The notes: generated by a model from the sequence alone, not told the origin. Shown: positions 39,907 to 50,430, counted from the stretch's first letter. The stretch is 64,000 nt of DNA from an uncultured Atopobiaceae bacterium (GCA_963927425.1 CAWVBA010000003.1:113582-177581); one strand, 5' to 3'. Made by a program: numbers and translations.

Positions 39907-40317
39907 ATGAGAAAGTCGTTCTTCTCACAGCTTTTCGTCGTGTGCGGGGTTCTTCTCGCAGCAAGCGCCCTCGTTCTCCTCCCCGGGTGCTCGGGCACGA
40001 GCGAGGACGACACAGGAACCACCGAGGTGGTTCCTCATGTCCAGAAGAACGAGTCTGAGGATGATGACAGCTACGACTACGACTACGACTACGACGACGA
40101 CTCCGACGACGGCTCCTCGTCGCTCGGCGGAACGACCACCACACTCGACGACGGAACTGTCATGACCTACGACGACGATGGGACCATCTATTACGAGAAT
40201 CCCGACGGCTCACTTGAGGTCACGGACGGCTGGGGCAACGTTGTCAAGGACATCGACGGAGACGGCATGGTGGACTCCTACTCGATCGACGGCGGCGAGA
40301 GCTGGGGCTATCTGTAG
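39907..40317 (+). CDS. Acidic lipoprotein, hypothetical
   Basis: Signal with LPGC lipobox; (GACTAC)n DY repeat; DIDGDG and SIDGGESW motifs. Confidence 0.7.
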   Translation: MRKSFFSQLFVVCGVLLAASALVLLPGCSGTSEDDTGTTEVVPHVQKNESEDDDSYDYDYDYDDDSDDGSSSLGGTTTTLDDGTVMTYDDDGTIYYENPDGSLEVTDGWGNVVKDIDGDGMVDSYSIDGGESWGYL

Positions 40318-40358
40318 CTCCGGTAATCAGGTCCACCGTCTATGGCAAGGAGCAAAAC

Positions 40359-41519
40359 GTGTTGGCACTCATTCTGTTCGGGCTGTTCTGCATTTTCCTC
40401 CTCTGCACTAACCCGATACTCATCGTGGTCCTTGTTGTATTCGTGGTCGTTGGGATGATTCTGTCGGGCAACGGGGAGCGGGAGGAGCGCGAGAAGAGGG
40501 AGCGGGAAGAAGCCGAGCAGGCGCGTATCGACAAGGAGAACAAGCTTCTCGACTTCTATCTCCTCTGCAGACGAAAGGGTCTCAAGGACCCCATCGCCCA
40601 TCCAGAAGAACATGACTCCCTCCTCATTATCGGAAAGAACTCCGATTTTGGGGACGATTTGCAGGTCTGCCTCGATGCGTATCAGAAAGGTGCCCAGATC
40701 CACCGACAGCGCGAGCATGAGCGCAGAGAACGCAGGAAGGAGCGTGCCGCTCAGAAGGAGCGCGACGAGGCTGCCGAGCAGAAGCATCTGGCTGATCTCG
40801 TCGGCAAGGACAAGTATCTGGGCACGGTCGAACAACAGCTCAAGGAGTACAACGCCGCTGCAAAGACCGGAGACTTCCTCCTGCAGGCCGCAAGTGCCGA
40901 CCTCATGGCTCGGCCTCGAAAGGAGGACTGGGCCGTAGCCGGAGGTTTCGCCGATGCGATTGCAGGGCCAGGAGCGGCGCTAGCAACCGTATCCGAAATT
41001 CAGGCGAGAAATGCCCGTGCCGAGCAGGAGGCTGCCGAGAGGAGACAGAGGGCTCACGAGAACATGAAAACCGCTGTCTCCGTAAAGTGCGAAGCAGAGG
41101 CAAGATATAAGAAGCTCAAAACGCAACGAGACGCCGTCGCGAAAAAGATGGTCGACGATACAAACCCGGAGGAGAAGTTCCTGATGCTTGTTCCGCAGAT
41201 ACAGGACAAGAGCGTCACCGCATCAGGAAACATCAAGGTTAAGCTTACCGTCAAGCTAGAAGGAACACCGACGCTGTTCAACAAACCCGCGGTTCTCGAC
41301 GGCTCTCTCAAGATCAGCGCTCTGCAGGACGGAAGGGAGATCGGAGCCGGATACTACTCCCCCACAGGCTTCGGAAAAACCGATCTCTCGAGAGTCGGAT
41401 TTGGCAAAAGCCCCGCAAAGAATGTTCTCGTCCTCATTAATCCGCAGACGCCTCTTGACAAATCGCTTCCCTATGACCTGCACATTGAGCCATATCACCT
41501 CTGGGTCATAGAGAAGTGA
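40359..41519 (+). CDS. Hypothetical membrane-anchored coiled-coil protein
   Basis: 386-aa ORF, N-terminal hydrophobic segments, E/K/R coiled coils, lower GC. Confidence 0.7.
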   Translation: MLALILFGLFCIFLLCTNPILIVVLVVFVVVGMILSGNGEREEREKREREEAEQARIDKENKLLDFYLLCRRKGLKDPIAHPEEHDSLLIIGKNSDFGDDLQVCLDAYQKGAQIHRQREHERRERRKERAAQKERDEAAEQKHLADLVGKDKYLGTVEQQLKEYNAAAKTGDFLLQAASADLMARPRKEDWAVAGGFADAIAGPGAALATVSEIQARNARAEQEAAERRQRAHENMKTAVSVKCEAEARYKKLKTQRDAVAKKMVDDTNPEEKFLMLVPQIQDKSVTASGNIKVKLTVKLEGTPTLFNKPAVLDGSLKISALQDGREIGAGYYSPTGFGKTDLSRVGFGKSPAKNVLVLINPQTPLDKSLPYDLHIEPYHLWVIEK

Positions 41520-42891
41520 GAGCGCGATGTGCCGTCACTCTCCCCTCCGCAAGCGCTCGCTCCATGAGCGACACGGCATGATCGGCAAGGTAGAGCGGGA
41601 TATTGAGGAGGTCGCCGTCCATCGAGAGGTTGCGCATGGAGAGGCGCACGCGAAGCGGTGTGGCGTCGGCGTGCTTGCGTGCGTAGTAGCGCAGGCTCGG
41701 CGAGTCGACGGAGGTCCCTGACTTCACCTCAACGGGCACGATCGTATTACCCAGCTGGACGAGAAGGTCCACCTCATGGCGGGGCTTCTCGTTCGTCCAG
41801 TACCTCGGTGCCGCATCGAGCTGGGGAGTGAGCGCCTGAAACGCGTAGTTCTCGGCAAACGCCCCCTTGAACTCCGTGAACAGGCCGTCTGGAAGAGAGA
41901 ACGCAGACGAGTCGAGCCTCGAGAGCCTCCGCAGCAGCCCGACATCCATGCAGTAGACCTTGAACGCGGACGCACTGTCATACGCGCTCAGCGGCAGCCC
42001 CCCACCGCTGTTCTGTCTGACGCGCATTACAAGCCCGGCGTCTGCCAGCCACTCCACGGCATCCTCGTACTCGCGAGCTCGGGCGCCGTCGCGCACGAGC
42101 CCCCACACGAACTTCTTGTTCTCGCGCGCGAGCTGGGCCGGCAGAGAGTGCCAGACAAACGAGAGCTTGGCGAACAGCGTCGCGCCCCCATGCTTGGCAA
42201 AGTCCCGCTCGTAGGAATCGAGAAGGTCGGAAAGCACCTTGTCCACCGCGCCCATGTCCATGAGCTCGGCCCATCTGAGCACCGCCTCGGGCATACCGCC
42301 GGTCGAGAAGTACTGGCGAAGTCGCTCCTCGAGCTGGTTTGCAAAGAGGTCCGGCAACGGCTCGAGAGTCTCGATCTGACGCACGTATGCGTCCAAGTTG
42401 CCCGACCCGACCGCGCGAAGAAACTCGGAGAACGTGAGCGGGTGCATGTCCATGAACTCGACCTTGCCCACTGGAAACGAGCCCCTGTCCCGCGCGAGCC
42501 TGACGCCGAGCAGTGAGCCCGCGCAGGCAACGTGGTACTCCGGCGCCTCCTCGTAGAAGTACTTGAGAGCGCCGATCGCTGCCGGGCAGTCCTGAATCTC
42601 GTCGAGAATCAGCAGCGTCTCCCCGGGATCGATGGGCTGGCCGGTCGCGAGGGCGAGACTCGCGACGATGCGCCTCGGATCATGCGAGACCTCAAAGAGC
42701 TGGGCGTACTCGCTCGGCGCTCCGGGCGCCACGTCCTCCAGCGTCACGTAGACGCAGTTGCGATAGCGCGTGCGCCCAAACTCCCTGAGCACCCAGGTCT
42801 TCCCAACCTGACGGGCTCCCTTGAGCATGAGCGGCTTGCGATGCGACGACGCCTCCCACGCGTCCAGCTGATGCAGGATGTCTCGCTCCAT
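41506..42891 (-). CDS. AAA+ ATPase with DUF4143 domain
   Basis: GARQVGKT, ILDEIQ, GSLLG, GGMPE, DVGLL, EVDLL..PVEVKSG. Confidence 0.92.
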   Translation of the reverse strand: MERDILHQLDAWEASSHRKPLMLKGARQVGKTWVLREFGRTRYRNCVYVTLEDVAPGAPSEYAQLFEVSHDPRRIVASLALATGQPIDPGETLLILDEIQDCPAAIGALKYFYEEAPEYHVACAGSLLGVRLARDRGSFPVGKVEFMDMHPLTFSEFLRAVGSGNLDAYVRQIETLEPLPDLFANQLEERLRQYFSTGGMPEAVLRWAELMDMGAVDKVLSDLLDSYERDFAKHGGATLFAKLSFVWHSLPAQLARENKKFVWGLVRDGARAREYEDAVEWLADAGLVMRVRQNSGGGLPLSAYDSASAFKVYCMDVGLLRRLSRLDSSAFSLPDGLFTEFKGAFAENYAFQALTPQLDAAPRYWTNEKPRHEVDLLVQLGNTIVPVEVKSGTSVDSPSLRYYARKHADATPLRVRLSMRNLSMDGDLLNIPLYLADHAVSLMERALAEGRVTAHRALTSL

Positions 42892-43122
42892 TGCAAACCT
42901 TCCTAAAATGTGTTTGTTCTCACATTCTATCCAAGTCAAATCGTGAATTAAATCACGTTTTCGGAAGTTCATTGAATGCTGAGGCCAAGCACCGTGTGCC
43001 AAGGGCCGGAGCACGATGTTGCATCAACAAATCCAGCGGAGCCCACCCCATACTTGAACCTGCTAAAGCCGCGAGACGATCGAGCGGCTCGCATATCCAG
43101 AACCGAGAAAGTCGAGGTGCAA

Positions 43123-43335
43123 ATGGAAGCGCTATTACTCGTAATCTGCATCATTTACCTGGTAGCATCCATTGTCGCAATCAGCCTGATGATTGACGCC
43201 GGGAGGGCGAAGGGGTATCCCATGAGCAACACGGGCATCCTCTGGTTCGTTGGTATCTGCGCCCCCCTTGGACCCATCGTAGTGGGAATCTACATCAATG
43301 CTCTGCCCTACAAATTGACATCGGCAGGCAAATAG
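43123..43335 (+). CDS. Small two-TM membrane protein
   Basis: GAGG RBS; MEALLLVICIIYLV...AKGY...WFVGICAPLGPIVVGIYINALP. Confidence 0.65.
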   Translation: MEALLLVICIIYLVASIVAISLMIDAGRAKGYPMSNTGILWFVGICAPLGPIVVGIYINALPYKLTSAGK

Positions 43336-43357
43336 GGACGACACCAAGACAAGCCCG

Positions 43358-44296
43358 CTACCCCACCACGCCCTCGATTGCGACAAGCGTGGTCCCGCCG
43401 GCGAGCACGAGCTCGTCGGCGGGACGCAGCGGCACCGGCACGCCGGATTCCAGCCGCACGCGCTCATGGCTCGCGCCGTCGATGCGCTCCGTCCCGTTCT
43501 TGGAGCCCAGGTCCTCGACGAGCCAGCCGTCCTTCTCGTCATGCCAGACGCGGAGATGTCTTCCGGAGACGCCGAGGCCCACATCGGTGATGTCGCCGTC
43601 GCCCATCGCGAGCGCCCCTATCTCGACGCCATCGTTGGAGCTGGAAAGCCAATGAGGACCGCCTGCGACATAGCCGTCTTGGATGCGGATGAGACCGAGC
43701 CTGGTCTCTACCTCGGCACGCTCCCCCTCCACCGCCGGAACGGGGCTCGCCGTCGGCGTGGCGGCGCGGCGCCTCAAGGTATCGTTCACGTAGTCCATGG
43801 CGTAGGACACGGCCTCGCACGCGTCCGAGGAGCAGCCCGCCGCCACGAAGAGCACGAGCAGCGCCTCGGCGCGCTCGCCTGGGGTGAGCCCCTCTCCCTG
43901 AGACAGCCGATCAACGGCGTTGCGGTAGAGCGTGGCGTCCTGTCGGCACAGCTCTAGCGCGCGGTCCATGGCGCGCCCGCGCTCTCCGGCAAGCAGCGAG
44001 ACCACCTTCTCGGCGGTCATCGCCTTGCCCCTCCGGGACTTCAGGCGGCCCAGGACACACGTCGCCGCACTCCCCCAGTCCCGGAAATAGCGCGGCGAGA
44101 GGGTGCCTGCGGGCGCATGGACCACGGAGTGGGAGAGCCAGGAGCGATCGCGGGCGAGGTCGCGCGGGCTCCTGCCGCTCGGCAGGGGACGCCTGGAGAG
44201 GACGATGTCCGCAAGCTCTCGATGCGTGATGCCGCCCGCCCTCTTGAACAGGTCGAACATCACCCCGCAGGGAGTGGGCTCGTCGGCGATCAGCAA
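43358..44296 (-). CDS. FHA domain protein with unknown N-terminal domain
   Basis: C-terminal VSGRHLRV...WLVEDLGSKNGT...LRPADELVL. Confidence 0.85.
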   Translation of the reverse strand: MLIADEPTPCGVMFDLFKRAGGITHRELADIVLSRRPLPSGRSPRDLARDRSWLSHSVVHAPAGTLSPRYFRDWGSAATCVLGRLKSRRGKAMTAEKVVSLLAGERGRAMDRALELCRQDATLYRNAVDRLSQGEGLTPGERAEALLVLFVAAGCSSDACEAVSYAMDYVNDTLRRRAATPTASPVPAVEGERAEVETRLGLIRIQDGYVAGGPHWLSSSNDGVEIGALAMGDGDITDVGLGVSGRHLRVWHDEKDGWLVEDLGSKNGTERIDGASHERVRLESGVPVPLRPADELVLAGGTTLVAIEGVVG

Positions 44297-44420
44297 CTCC
44301 GGACACCTCCCAATCCGTTGGCATCAGCGTTCGTGCCGTATCATTTTACACGACGGGAAACGACACACCTCGCGCACGGCACCCTGACTGGTCGACGCAC
44401 GATGAAAGCAGGAAACGGCA

Positions 44421-45302
44421 ATGTCACGCACGCATCACAGAGGGCATAAGGGCGGCCGGTCAATCAGTCTCCCACCGCGAATGGTCGCCCTGGTCGCCAC
44501 CTCGATCGTCCTTCTCGTCGCAAGCGTGGTCATCTATCTGACGGAGCTGCCAAACCTCGTGACTCCGCGGGCCCTCACGGAGCAGAATACCGCCGGGTCG
44601 GAGCTGGACGAAAACGAGACCGAGAACGGGCTCTCTGTGGATCAGGAGGAGACGGCCGAGAACGAGACGGATGAGAACGCTGCGTCCGAGAACGGCGACG
44701 AGAAGGACGACTCGGCGTCATCGGAAGCCTCTCCCGAAGAAGAAGCCTCGTCTCCCGAGGAAAACGACGGAGCCGACACGGACAGTCCCGAAGAGGAGGC
44801 CCCCACCCCTTCTACGCCCGAGAACCCCGGGATCACGGAGCCCAATGCGGCCGATGACATCTTCTCCTCTACCCCGAGCGCCGCAGAGGAGGAGGCCTTC
44901 AGGTCGTTCCTCTCGGGCAAGGCCTCCTCGATTCCGGGATACGCGAGCCAGGCGAGCGCCTGTGCGAGCTCTTTCGAGACGGATAGCGTGGGCGCGAGCC
45001 TTTCCGTCCGACAGTCTCATCGAGGCACGTGCGAAGCCCTCACCCAACAGCTCTTTTCCGAGTACATTGCCGTTCGCGACTACGTGCGATCCAACAACTC
45101 CCAGTATTGCGACGAGCAGGAGCGGCTGATTGGCTCGTATCGCTGCCTTATGAGTTATGTCGGCTGTTATCGCGACGCCTGGAACATCAACGTGAGCTAC
45201 GACGACCCGAGCGGCCATGTTGGCGAGTTCTCGGGGCCGCTCTCCGCGAGCGAGGGTTATCTGTCTGAGTTCCACTCCTACTACGACGGGCTGGCGATAT
45301 GA
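44421..45302 (+). CDS. Membrane-anchored protein with acidic linker and Cys-containing extracellular domain
   Basis: TM near N-terminus, E/S/P-rich linker, five Cys; stop overlaps kinase start (ATGA). Confidence 0.7.
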   Translation: MSRTHHRGHKGGRSISLPPRMVALVATSIVLLVASVVIYLTELPNLVTPRALTEQNTAGSELDENETENGLSVDQEETAENETDENAASENGDEKDDSASSEASPEEEASSPEENDGADTDSPEEEAPTPSTPENPGITEPNAADDIFSSTPSAAEEEAFRSFLSGKASSIPGYASQASACASSFETDSVGASLSVRQSHRGTCEALTQQLFSEYIAVRDYVRSNNSQYCDEQERLIGSYRCLMSYVGCYRDAWNINVSYDDPSGHVGEFSGPLSASEGYLSEFHSYYDGLAI

Positions 45303-46963
45303 GCACGTCAGACGATTGCAAGCTTGCGGCTTCGGGCGCAGGCCCCTCTCGAATCATGAGAGTCGAGGAACTCGAGGCGCCGTTCACCCTCGCGGAGTCC
45401 GAGCGCGATGCCTATTTCAGACGCTTCTCGACACTGTTCGTCGACGAGCATCGGAGCCGTCGCGGGGGCCTTGGCAGGGTGTATCACGCGACGAACGTGC
45501 TCGGTGAACAGCTTGCCATCAAGAAGCTGCTTCTGCCGGAGGGTAACGAGGGTGGCCCCGATGAGGAGTCGCTGCGCGCCGCATTCCGGCGTGAGTTCGA
45601 GAGCCATCGCGTGCTCTCCGCCCTCCGAGGCTTCCCGCGCCTCTTTGGATTTGGGTCAAACGAGGGTGTCCCCGTCATAGTCATGGAGTGGATCGAGGGG
45701 ATGACGCTCGCGGAAGCACGCCGCGACCTGGCGGTCGATGACGAGGGGCGCGTCTCCCCTCTCACCGTCGCGCGCGTGGGAAGGGACCTCTTCGAGCTTG
45801 TCTCGAGGCTCTCCCTTGTGGGCGAGGGTCTCGTGCACCGCGACATCTCGCCGGCAAACGTCATCATCAGGACGACGCATCGCACTCTCGAGGCTCAGAG
45901 GGCAGAGGGAACGTTTGACCTCTGTCTCGTCGACTTTGGATCAGCGGAGCCCGTTTCTATGACGGACGGTTCGTTCACCGCGACAAACGGTACGCTGCGA
46001 CACGCGACCGTCGACTACGCGCCGCCGGAGATGCTGAGCGACGACATTCCATCCGTCGGGCGCCGGCGCCACTCCCCCGCAGTGGACGTCTATGCCGTGG
46101 GAAGCGTTCTGTGTCATCTCATCGGCGGCCGCCCGCCGTTTCCCGGCGCGACTCGAACAGCCTCTCCCTACCGTCTCAAGACCGAGAACGAGCCCGAGAG
46201 GCCTATCCCGGCACATGTTGCGGCAGGCGACCTCGCCGCAGTTCTCTCGCGCGAGGGCGAGGCGTCCGTCATCGTTGCCCCGATTGCGCTCGAGCGGGAC
46301 CTCTCCCCTCGCAACGTCGAACTCAGGCGAGCGCTGGCGCTCGCAGACGAGCAGATCGTGGATGCCATCATGGCATGCCTTGCCTCAGACCAGAAACGGC
46401 GCCCCGCACCGACCGTCATGCGCGACGAGCTCGACGGGCTCGCGTCTCGCTACGGCGAGAACGTGCGTCGTGCCTTGAGCGGCGATTCTCTCACCCCCTG
46501 CATGACAGGCACCTCGTGGCTTGCCGTGGAATCCCCGCTTTCCGCACGGCGTGTGCTGCGCCGAGGGGGACGGATCGTCGGCATGCTTGTATGGACCGTG
46601 ACCTCCTTGATGACGGCATTGCTTGTCGGAGAGGGAGACCTGACGCGGGCTGCGCTCGTCGGGGTCCTGCTCATGACTCCCGCGCTTCTCGCCCTCCTCG
46701 CGCGGTGGCGCGACACCTCTACTGGATCCGGTTTCGTTCGAGGAAGTGCGGCGCTTCTCTTCTCGTCCGCCGCAAGTGCGCTCGCGCTCTGGCGCCTGTT
46801 CGGGCTCGGCGATCGGCTGTCCGGCACACTCGCCGCCGAGCTCCTCTGTGCAAGCGCAATGTGGCTGCCATTGGTGACGGATTATGTGTGTGCCTGCGTC
46901 CCTGGCGTCATCCGCGAGAGGCGTCGCAGGCTCCCGGAAGGGACGGGCCTCGCTCCCAGATGA
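45299..46963 (+). CDS. Hanks-type Ser/Thr protein kinase with C-terminal TM helices
   Basis: GGLGRVY, AIKK, HRDISPAN, DFG, YAPPE, DVYAVG. Confidence 0.9.
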   Translation: MSTSDDCKLAASGAGPSRIMRVEELEAPFTLAESERDAYFRRFSTLFVDEHRSRRGGLGRVYHATNVLGEQLAIKKLLLPEGNEGGPDEESLRAAFRREFESHRVLSALRGFPRLFGFGSNEGVPVIVMEWIEGMTLAEARRDLAVDDEGRVSPLTVARVGRDLFELVSRLSLVGEGLVHRDISPANVIIRTTHRTLEAQRAEGTFDLCLVDFGSAEPVSMTDGSFTATNGTLRHATVDYAPPEMLSDDIPSVGRRRHSPAVDVYAVGSVLCHLIGGRPPFPGATRTASPYRLKTENEPERPIPAHVAAGDLAAVLSREGEASVIVAPIALERDLSPRNVELRRALALADEQIVDAIMACLASDQKRRPAPTVMRDELDGLASRYGENVRRALSGDSLTPCMTGTSWLAVESPLSARRVLRRGGRIVGMLVWTVTSLMTALLVGEGDLTRAALVGVLLMTPALLALLARWRDTSTGSGFVRGSAALLFSSAASALALWRLFGLGDRLSGTLAAELLCASAMWLPLVTDYVCACVPGVIRERRRRLPEGTGLAPR

Positions 46964-47112
46964 GGCCCGTGGAAAGCAGCGCGCCGCCTGCTCTGAGGGG
47001 GTGAGCAGGCGGCGCCAAGGTGTGCCGTTGGCGCCGGGGAGAGGGACCGTCGTCTCGGGCAGGGTTAAACGCGTTGTGCCGCGATCTGAGTCGCCTTCTT
47101 CTCGGCACGTTT

Positions 47113-47192
47113 GTTAGTATAGACAAACTTACGGATAATCCCACCCCTGCGGTGGGATTCATGGGTTCTCCATAAGTTAGACTAGGTTTACT
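47113..47192. promoter_or_regulatory. Pair of DtxR-like boxes flanking a hairpin
   Basis: GTTAG-tataga-CAAACT (47113), AGTTAG-actagg-TTTACT (47175), AATCCCACC/GGTGGGATT hairpin between them. Confidence 0.5.
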
Positions 47193-47196
47193 ATTT

Positions 47197-48006
47197 TCAT
47201 CCCAGGGCGACGTCGAGGACCATCATCACAACGAAGCCCGCGATGAAGCCGAGCGTCCCCACATTGGAGTGCTCGCCGAGGTGCGCCTCGGGGATGAGCT
47301 CCTCCACCACGACGTAGATCATCGCACCCGCGGCGAAGGCCAGAAGCCACGGCATGTACGGAGAGATCCACCCGCTCGCGAGCACCACCGCCACGCCAAA
47401 GATCGGCTCCACGATGCCCGAGAGGCTGCCCGCAAGAAAGGCGCGCCCGCGGCTCATGCCCTCGCGGGCGAGCGGCAGCGAGATGGCCGCGCCCTCCGGG
47501 AAGTTCTGCAAGCCGATGCCCATCGCGAGCGCCACGGCCATGCCAAGGTAGGCCTCCCCCGCCGCGCCCGCGGACTGCGCGGCCATCGCAAAGAGCAGGC
47601 CCACCGACATGCCCTCGGGGACGTTGTGCAGCGTCACCGCGGAGACGAGCAGCGTCGTGCGCTTCCAGCTCGACGGCACGCCCTCGGGCTCCTCGGCGCC
47701 CGCGTGCAGATGCGGCAGGAACGTGTCGAGCGCCATGAGGAAGGCCACGCCCAGGACAAAGCCCCCCGCAGCGGGCACCCAGCCCGGCACGCCCTGTTCC
47801 GCGGCCTGTTCGATGGCCGGGTTGAGCAGTGACCACACGCTCGCCGCCACCATCACGCCCGCGGCAAAGCCGAGGAAGATGTGGTGCATGAGCTTGCGCT
47901 CGGACCGGAAGAAGAACACCACCGCCGAGCCCGCCGTGGTCATGAGCCAGGTGAAGCCGCAGCCGAGCGCGGCCCAGACGAGCGCCCGGGGGATGCCTTC
48001 GAGCAT
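47197..48006 (-). CDS. zupT: ZIP family metal transporter (GufA/ZupT-like), copy 1
   Basis: GFAAGVM, TLHNVPEG, LQNFPEG, SGIVEP, AAGAMIYVVVEELIPE. Confidence 0.9.
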   Translation of the reverse strand: MLEGIPRALVWAALGCGFTWLMTTAGSAVVFFFRSERKLMHHIFLGFAAGVMVAASVWSLLNPAIEQAAEQGVPGWVPAAGGFVLGVAFLMALDTFLPHLHAGAEEPEGVPSSWKRTTLLVSAVTLHNVPEGMSVGLLFAMAAQSAGAAGEAYLGMAVALAMGIGLQNFPEGAAISLPLAREGMSRGRAFLAGSLSGIVEPIFGVAVVLASGWISPYMPWLLAFAAGAMIYVVVEELIPEAHLGEHSNVGTLGFIAGFVVMMVLDVALG

Positions 48007-48066
48007 GAGGGGCCTCCTTTTCCCTTCTCGCGCCGCGGGCGCGCCCGCGGCGTACTGCCTGACAGG

Positions 48067-48896
48067 TTAGCAGAGCGCCGCCTCGATGACGCCGACCCTT
48101 ACCTGCAGGAACACGCGCGGCAAGCCTCGCCCGCACAAGGGTCGCCCGCAGGGCGGCCCTGCGGGCGACAGGTCGCCTCGGAATCGCCCCCCCGTCGCGC
48201 GCCACGCGCCGGGGGAGCAGCCAAACTCCCGCTCGAAGGCCACGACAAAGCTCGAGACGCGCGGGTACCCCACCGCCCGCGCGACCTCGGCCACGCAGGC
48301 GGACGGCACCTCGAGCAGCCGCGCGGCCCGCTCCATGCGGACGCGCCGCACGAAGGCACCGAGCGCCTCGCCCGTCTCCGCCCTGAACGCGGCGCAGAGC
48401 CGCGACCGGCTCGTGAGCAGGTCGCGCGCGAGCGCGTCGAGCGTCAGGCGCTCGCCGAGGTGCCGCAGCACGTGGCGGCGCGCCGCGCGGACGAGCCGAG
48501 CCTGCTCGAGCGTGCCCTCCGCGGCCTCCGCGCGCTCGCGTTCCTCCTGCCAGGCGAGGGTCACATCGACCACGCGCGCCACGCGTCGCGCGAGCGCGCC
48601 CCCGTCAAGGAGCGCCCCGCCAAAGAGCGGCGTCGCCCCGCGCAGAAGGCCGTCGAGCGCGCGGGCCACGTCGCCCTCGCAGGTCTCCCCCGCCCCCTCG
48701 ACAAGCTCGCGCGCCACACGACGCCGCGCGCCCTCAAGTCGGGAGAGCCAGTCGGGCAGCAGCGACACCGAGACCGCGTTCTGCACCGACCCGGCGCGCA
48801 GCAGGTACGTCCGGTCGCAGCACCCCTGTCCGAAGACGGCGACGCCCCCGGCGGCGCCGGGCGGGCGCGACACCGGGCACAGCCCCAGGCTGTCCC
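48067..48896 (-). pseudogene. 5'-truncated AraC regulator, paralogue of 51393-52352
   Basis: RDSLGLCPV...LTLDALARDLLTSRSRLCAAFRAETGE...VARAVGYP; first ~85 codons replaced by kinase antisense. Confidence 0.8.
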
Positions 48897-49573
48897 GCAA
48901 GACCGAGGTGGCCGCCCTGGTGGCGCCGCCCGCCCTCGAGCGGGGCCTCTCGCCGCGCGACGACGCGCTGCGCCGGGCCCTGACGCAGGTGGACGAGCGG
49001 GTCGCCGACGCCCTCATGGCCTGTCTCGCCGTCGACCAGGACCTGCGCCCCGCGCCCGAGGCGATGCGGGACGAGCTGGACGCCCTCGCGGAGCGCTACG
49101 CCGACGACGTGCGCCACGCACTGGCCGGCGAGCCGCTCACCCCCGTCCCAAGCGAGGCACGCGTGACACGCGGGCGGGCGAGAAGGACGGCGCGGGCGCT
49201 TGCGTGGGCCGCGTGCCTGGCCGCGGCGGCGAGCGTTGCGGCGCTCAGCGCGTGGCTCACCGGGACCGCCACGGACGGTTCCTGGGTTCCCGCCGCCCTG
49301 CTCGTCGCGCGCGCCGCCCTGGCCGTGCTCGCCCGCGTGGTCGCCGGCGGCGCGGGCGCGCGGGGGCTCGTGGGCGGGGGCGTCACGCTGCTCGCCGCCG
49401 CGCCCGCCTGCGGCGGGGCGCTCTGGGCCCTGGTCGGGGACGCCCCGGCGTGGCGCGTCCTTCTCGCCGGCCTGCTCGTGTGCGCGAGCCTCACGTGGCT
49501 CGCGCTCGTGGCCGACTACGCGTGCGCGCGAGGCGCGGCCCGCACACCGCGTCGGCATCGCCAGCTGCCGTGA
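48890..49573 (+). pseudogene. C-terminal remnant of a Ser/Thr kinase paralogue of 45299-46963
   Basis: ALERGLSPR..LRRAL..VDERVADALMACLAVDQ..RPAP..MRDELD matches the kinase from ~46244; catalytic motifs absent. Confidence 0.8.
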
Positions 49574-49622
49574 GGGGGCGGCAGGAGGCGCGCGGGACGG
49601 GGCTTGGACGCGCGGAGCGACC

Positions 49623-49763
49623 GGTTACGTACACTCCTGGCGGTTACGTACGCTGTTGCGACTCTGATGTCTTCTCGACAAGCCCTTGACCTGGGGTTTA
49701 GCGAGAAGGGCAGCGATATCAAAGTCGCAATGGCGTACGTAACCGCCGGGGGTGTACGTAACC
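49623..49763. repeat. 141-bp element with 46-bp inverted arms, each with two GGTTACGTAC repeats
   Basis: 49623-49668 versus reverse complement of 49718-49763, 41/46 identical. Confidence 0.85.
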
Positions 49764-49785
49764 ACGGCGTCGGCCGTCGCGGTGC

Positions 49786-50340
49786 TCAGCGCCCGAACTG
49801 CCGCTGCCAGCCGGCCGGCGGCACGGGCGTCGTCTCGCGGAGGGTCCCCGCGCCGGGGACGTCGGCCGCGAGCATGCCGTGGGCGACGTCGAACAGCGCG
49901 TCGGCGAGGCTCGCGCGATACACCGCCGCACGCGCGCCGAGGCGCTCCAACGCGTTAGCCGGCGCGTCCCGGAGGGCGTCGCGCACCTCCTGGAACAGCA
50001 TCAGGCGCTTTGCCTTCAGGCTCTGCACGTGGCTGGGATGACGCGCGTTGGAGGCGAGAAACACCGCCGACTCGAGGAAGCTGACGGGGCTCTCGGAGAG
50101 CCACACGCCCGCCGTGCTCGTCACGTAGCCGCGGATCCCACCGAAGAAGAACCGGTCGAGCAGCCAGAACTCGCCCAGGTCGCGCGCGAGCCGCTCGAAC
50201 TTGTCGGGGACGTCGTGGGCGTTCTCCCACACCCCGACCCAGCGGTCGAGGTAGCGGCCGCTGACGCGCGGGGTCGCGGGGGGATTAATCTCCTTGAGCC
50301 GCACGAACCCCAGGTGGCCGTCCCTCATAATCTCTGCCAT
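49786..50340 (-). CDS. Hypothetical protein
   Basis: GGAGG RBS, MAEIMRDGHLGF..., GC3-biased codons; no recognisable family. Confidence 0.6.
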   Translation of the reverse strand: MAEIMRDGHLGFVRLKEINPPATPRVSGRYLDRWVGVWENAHDVPDKFERLARDLGEFWLLDRFFFGGIRGYVTSTAGVWLSESPVSFLESAVFLASNARHPSHVQSLKAKRLMLFQEVRDALRDAPANALERLGARAAVYRASLADALFDVAHGMLAADVPGAGTLRETTPVPPAGWQRQFGR

Positions 50341-50430
50341 GCGCGTCACGCCTCCGTCGTCGGGCGCCGAATGAGCCGTCACCATCATAGAGCTGTCGGC
50401 GCCCGCGCGCCCGTGGGAGGGGGTAGGTTC

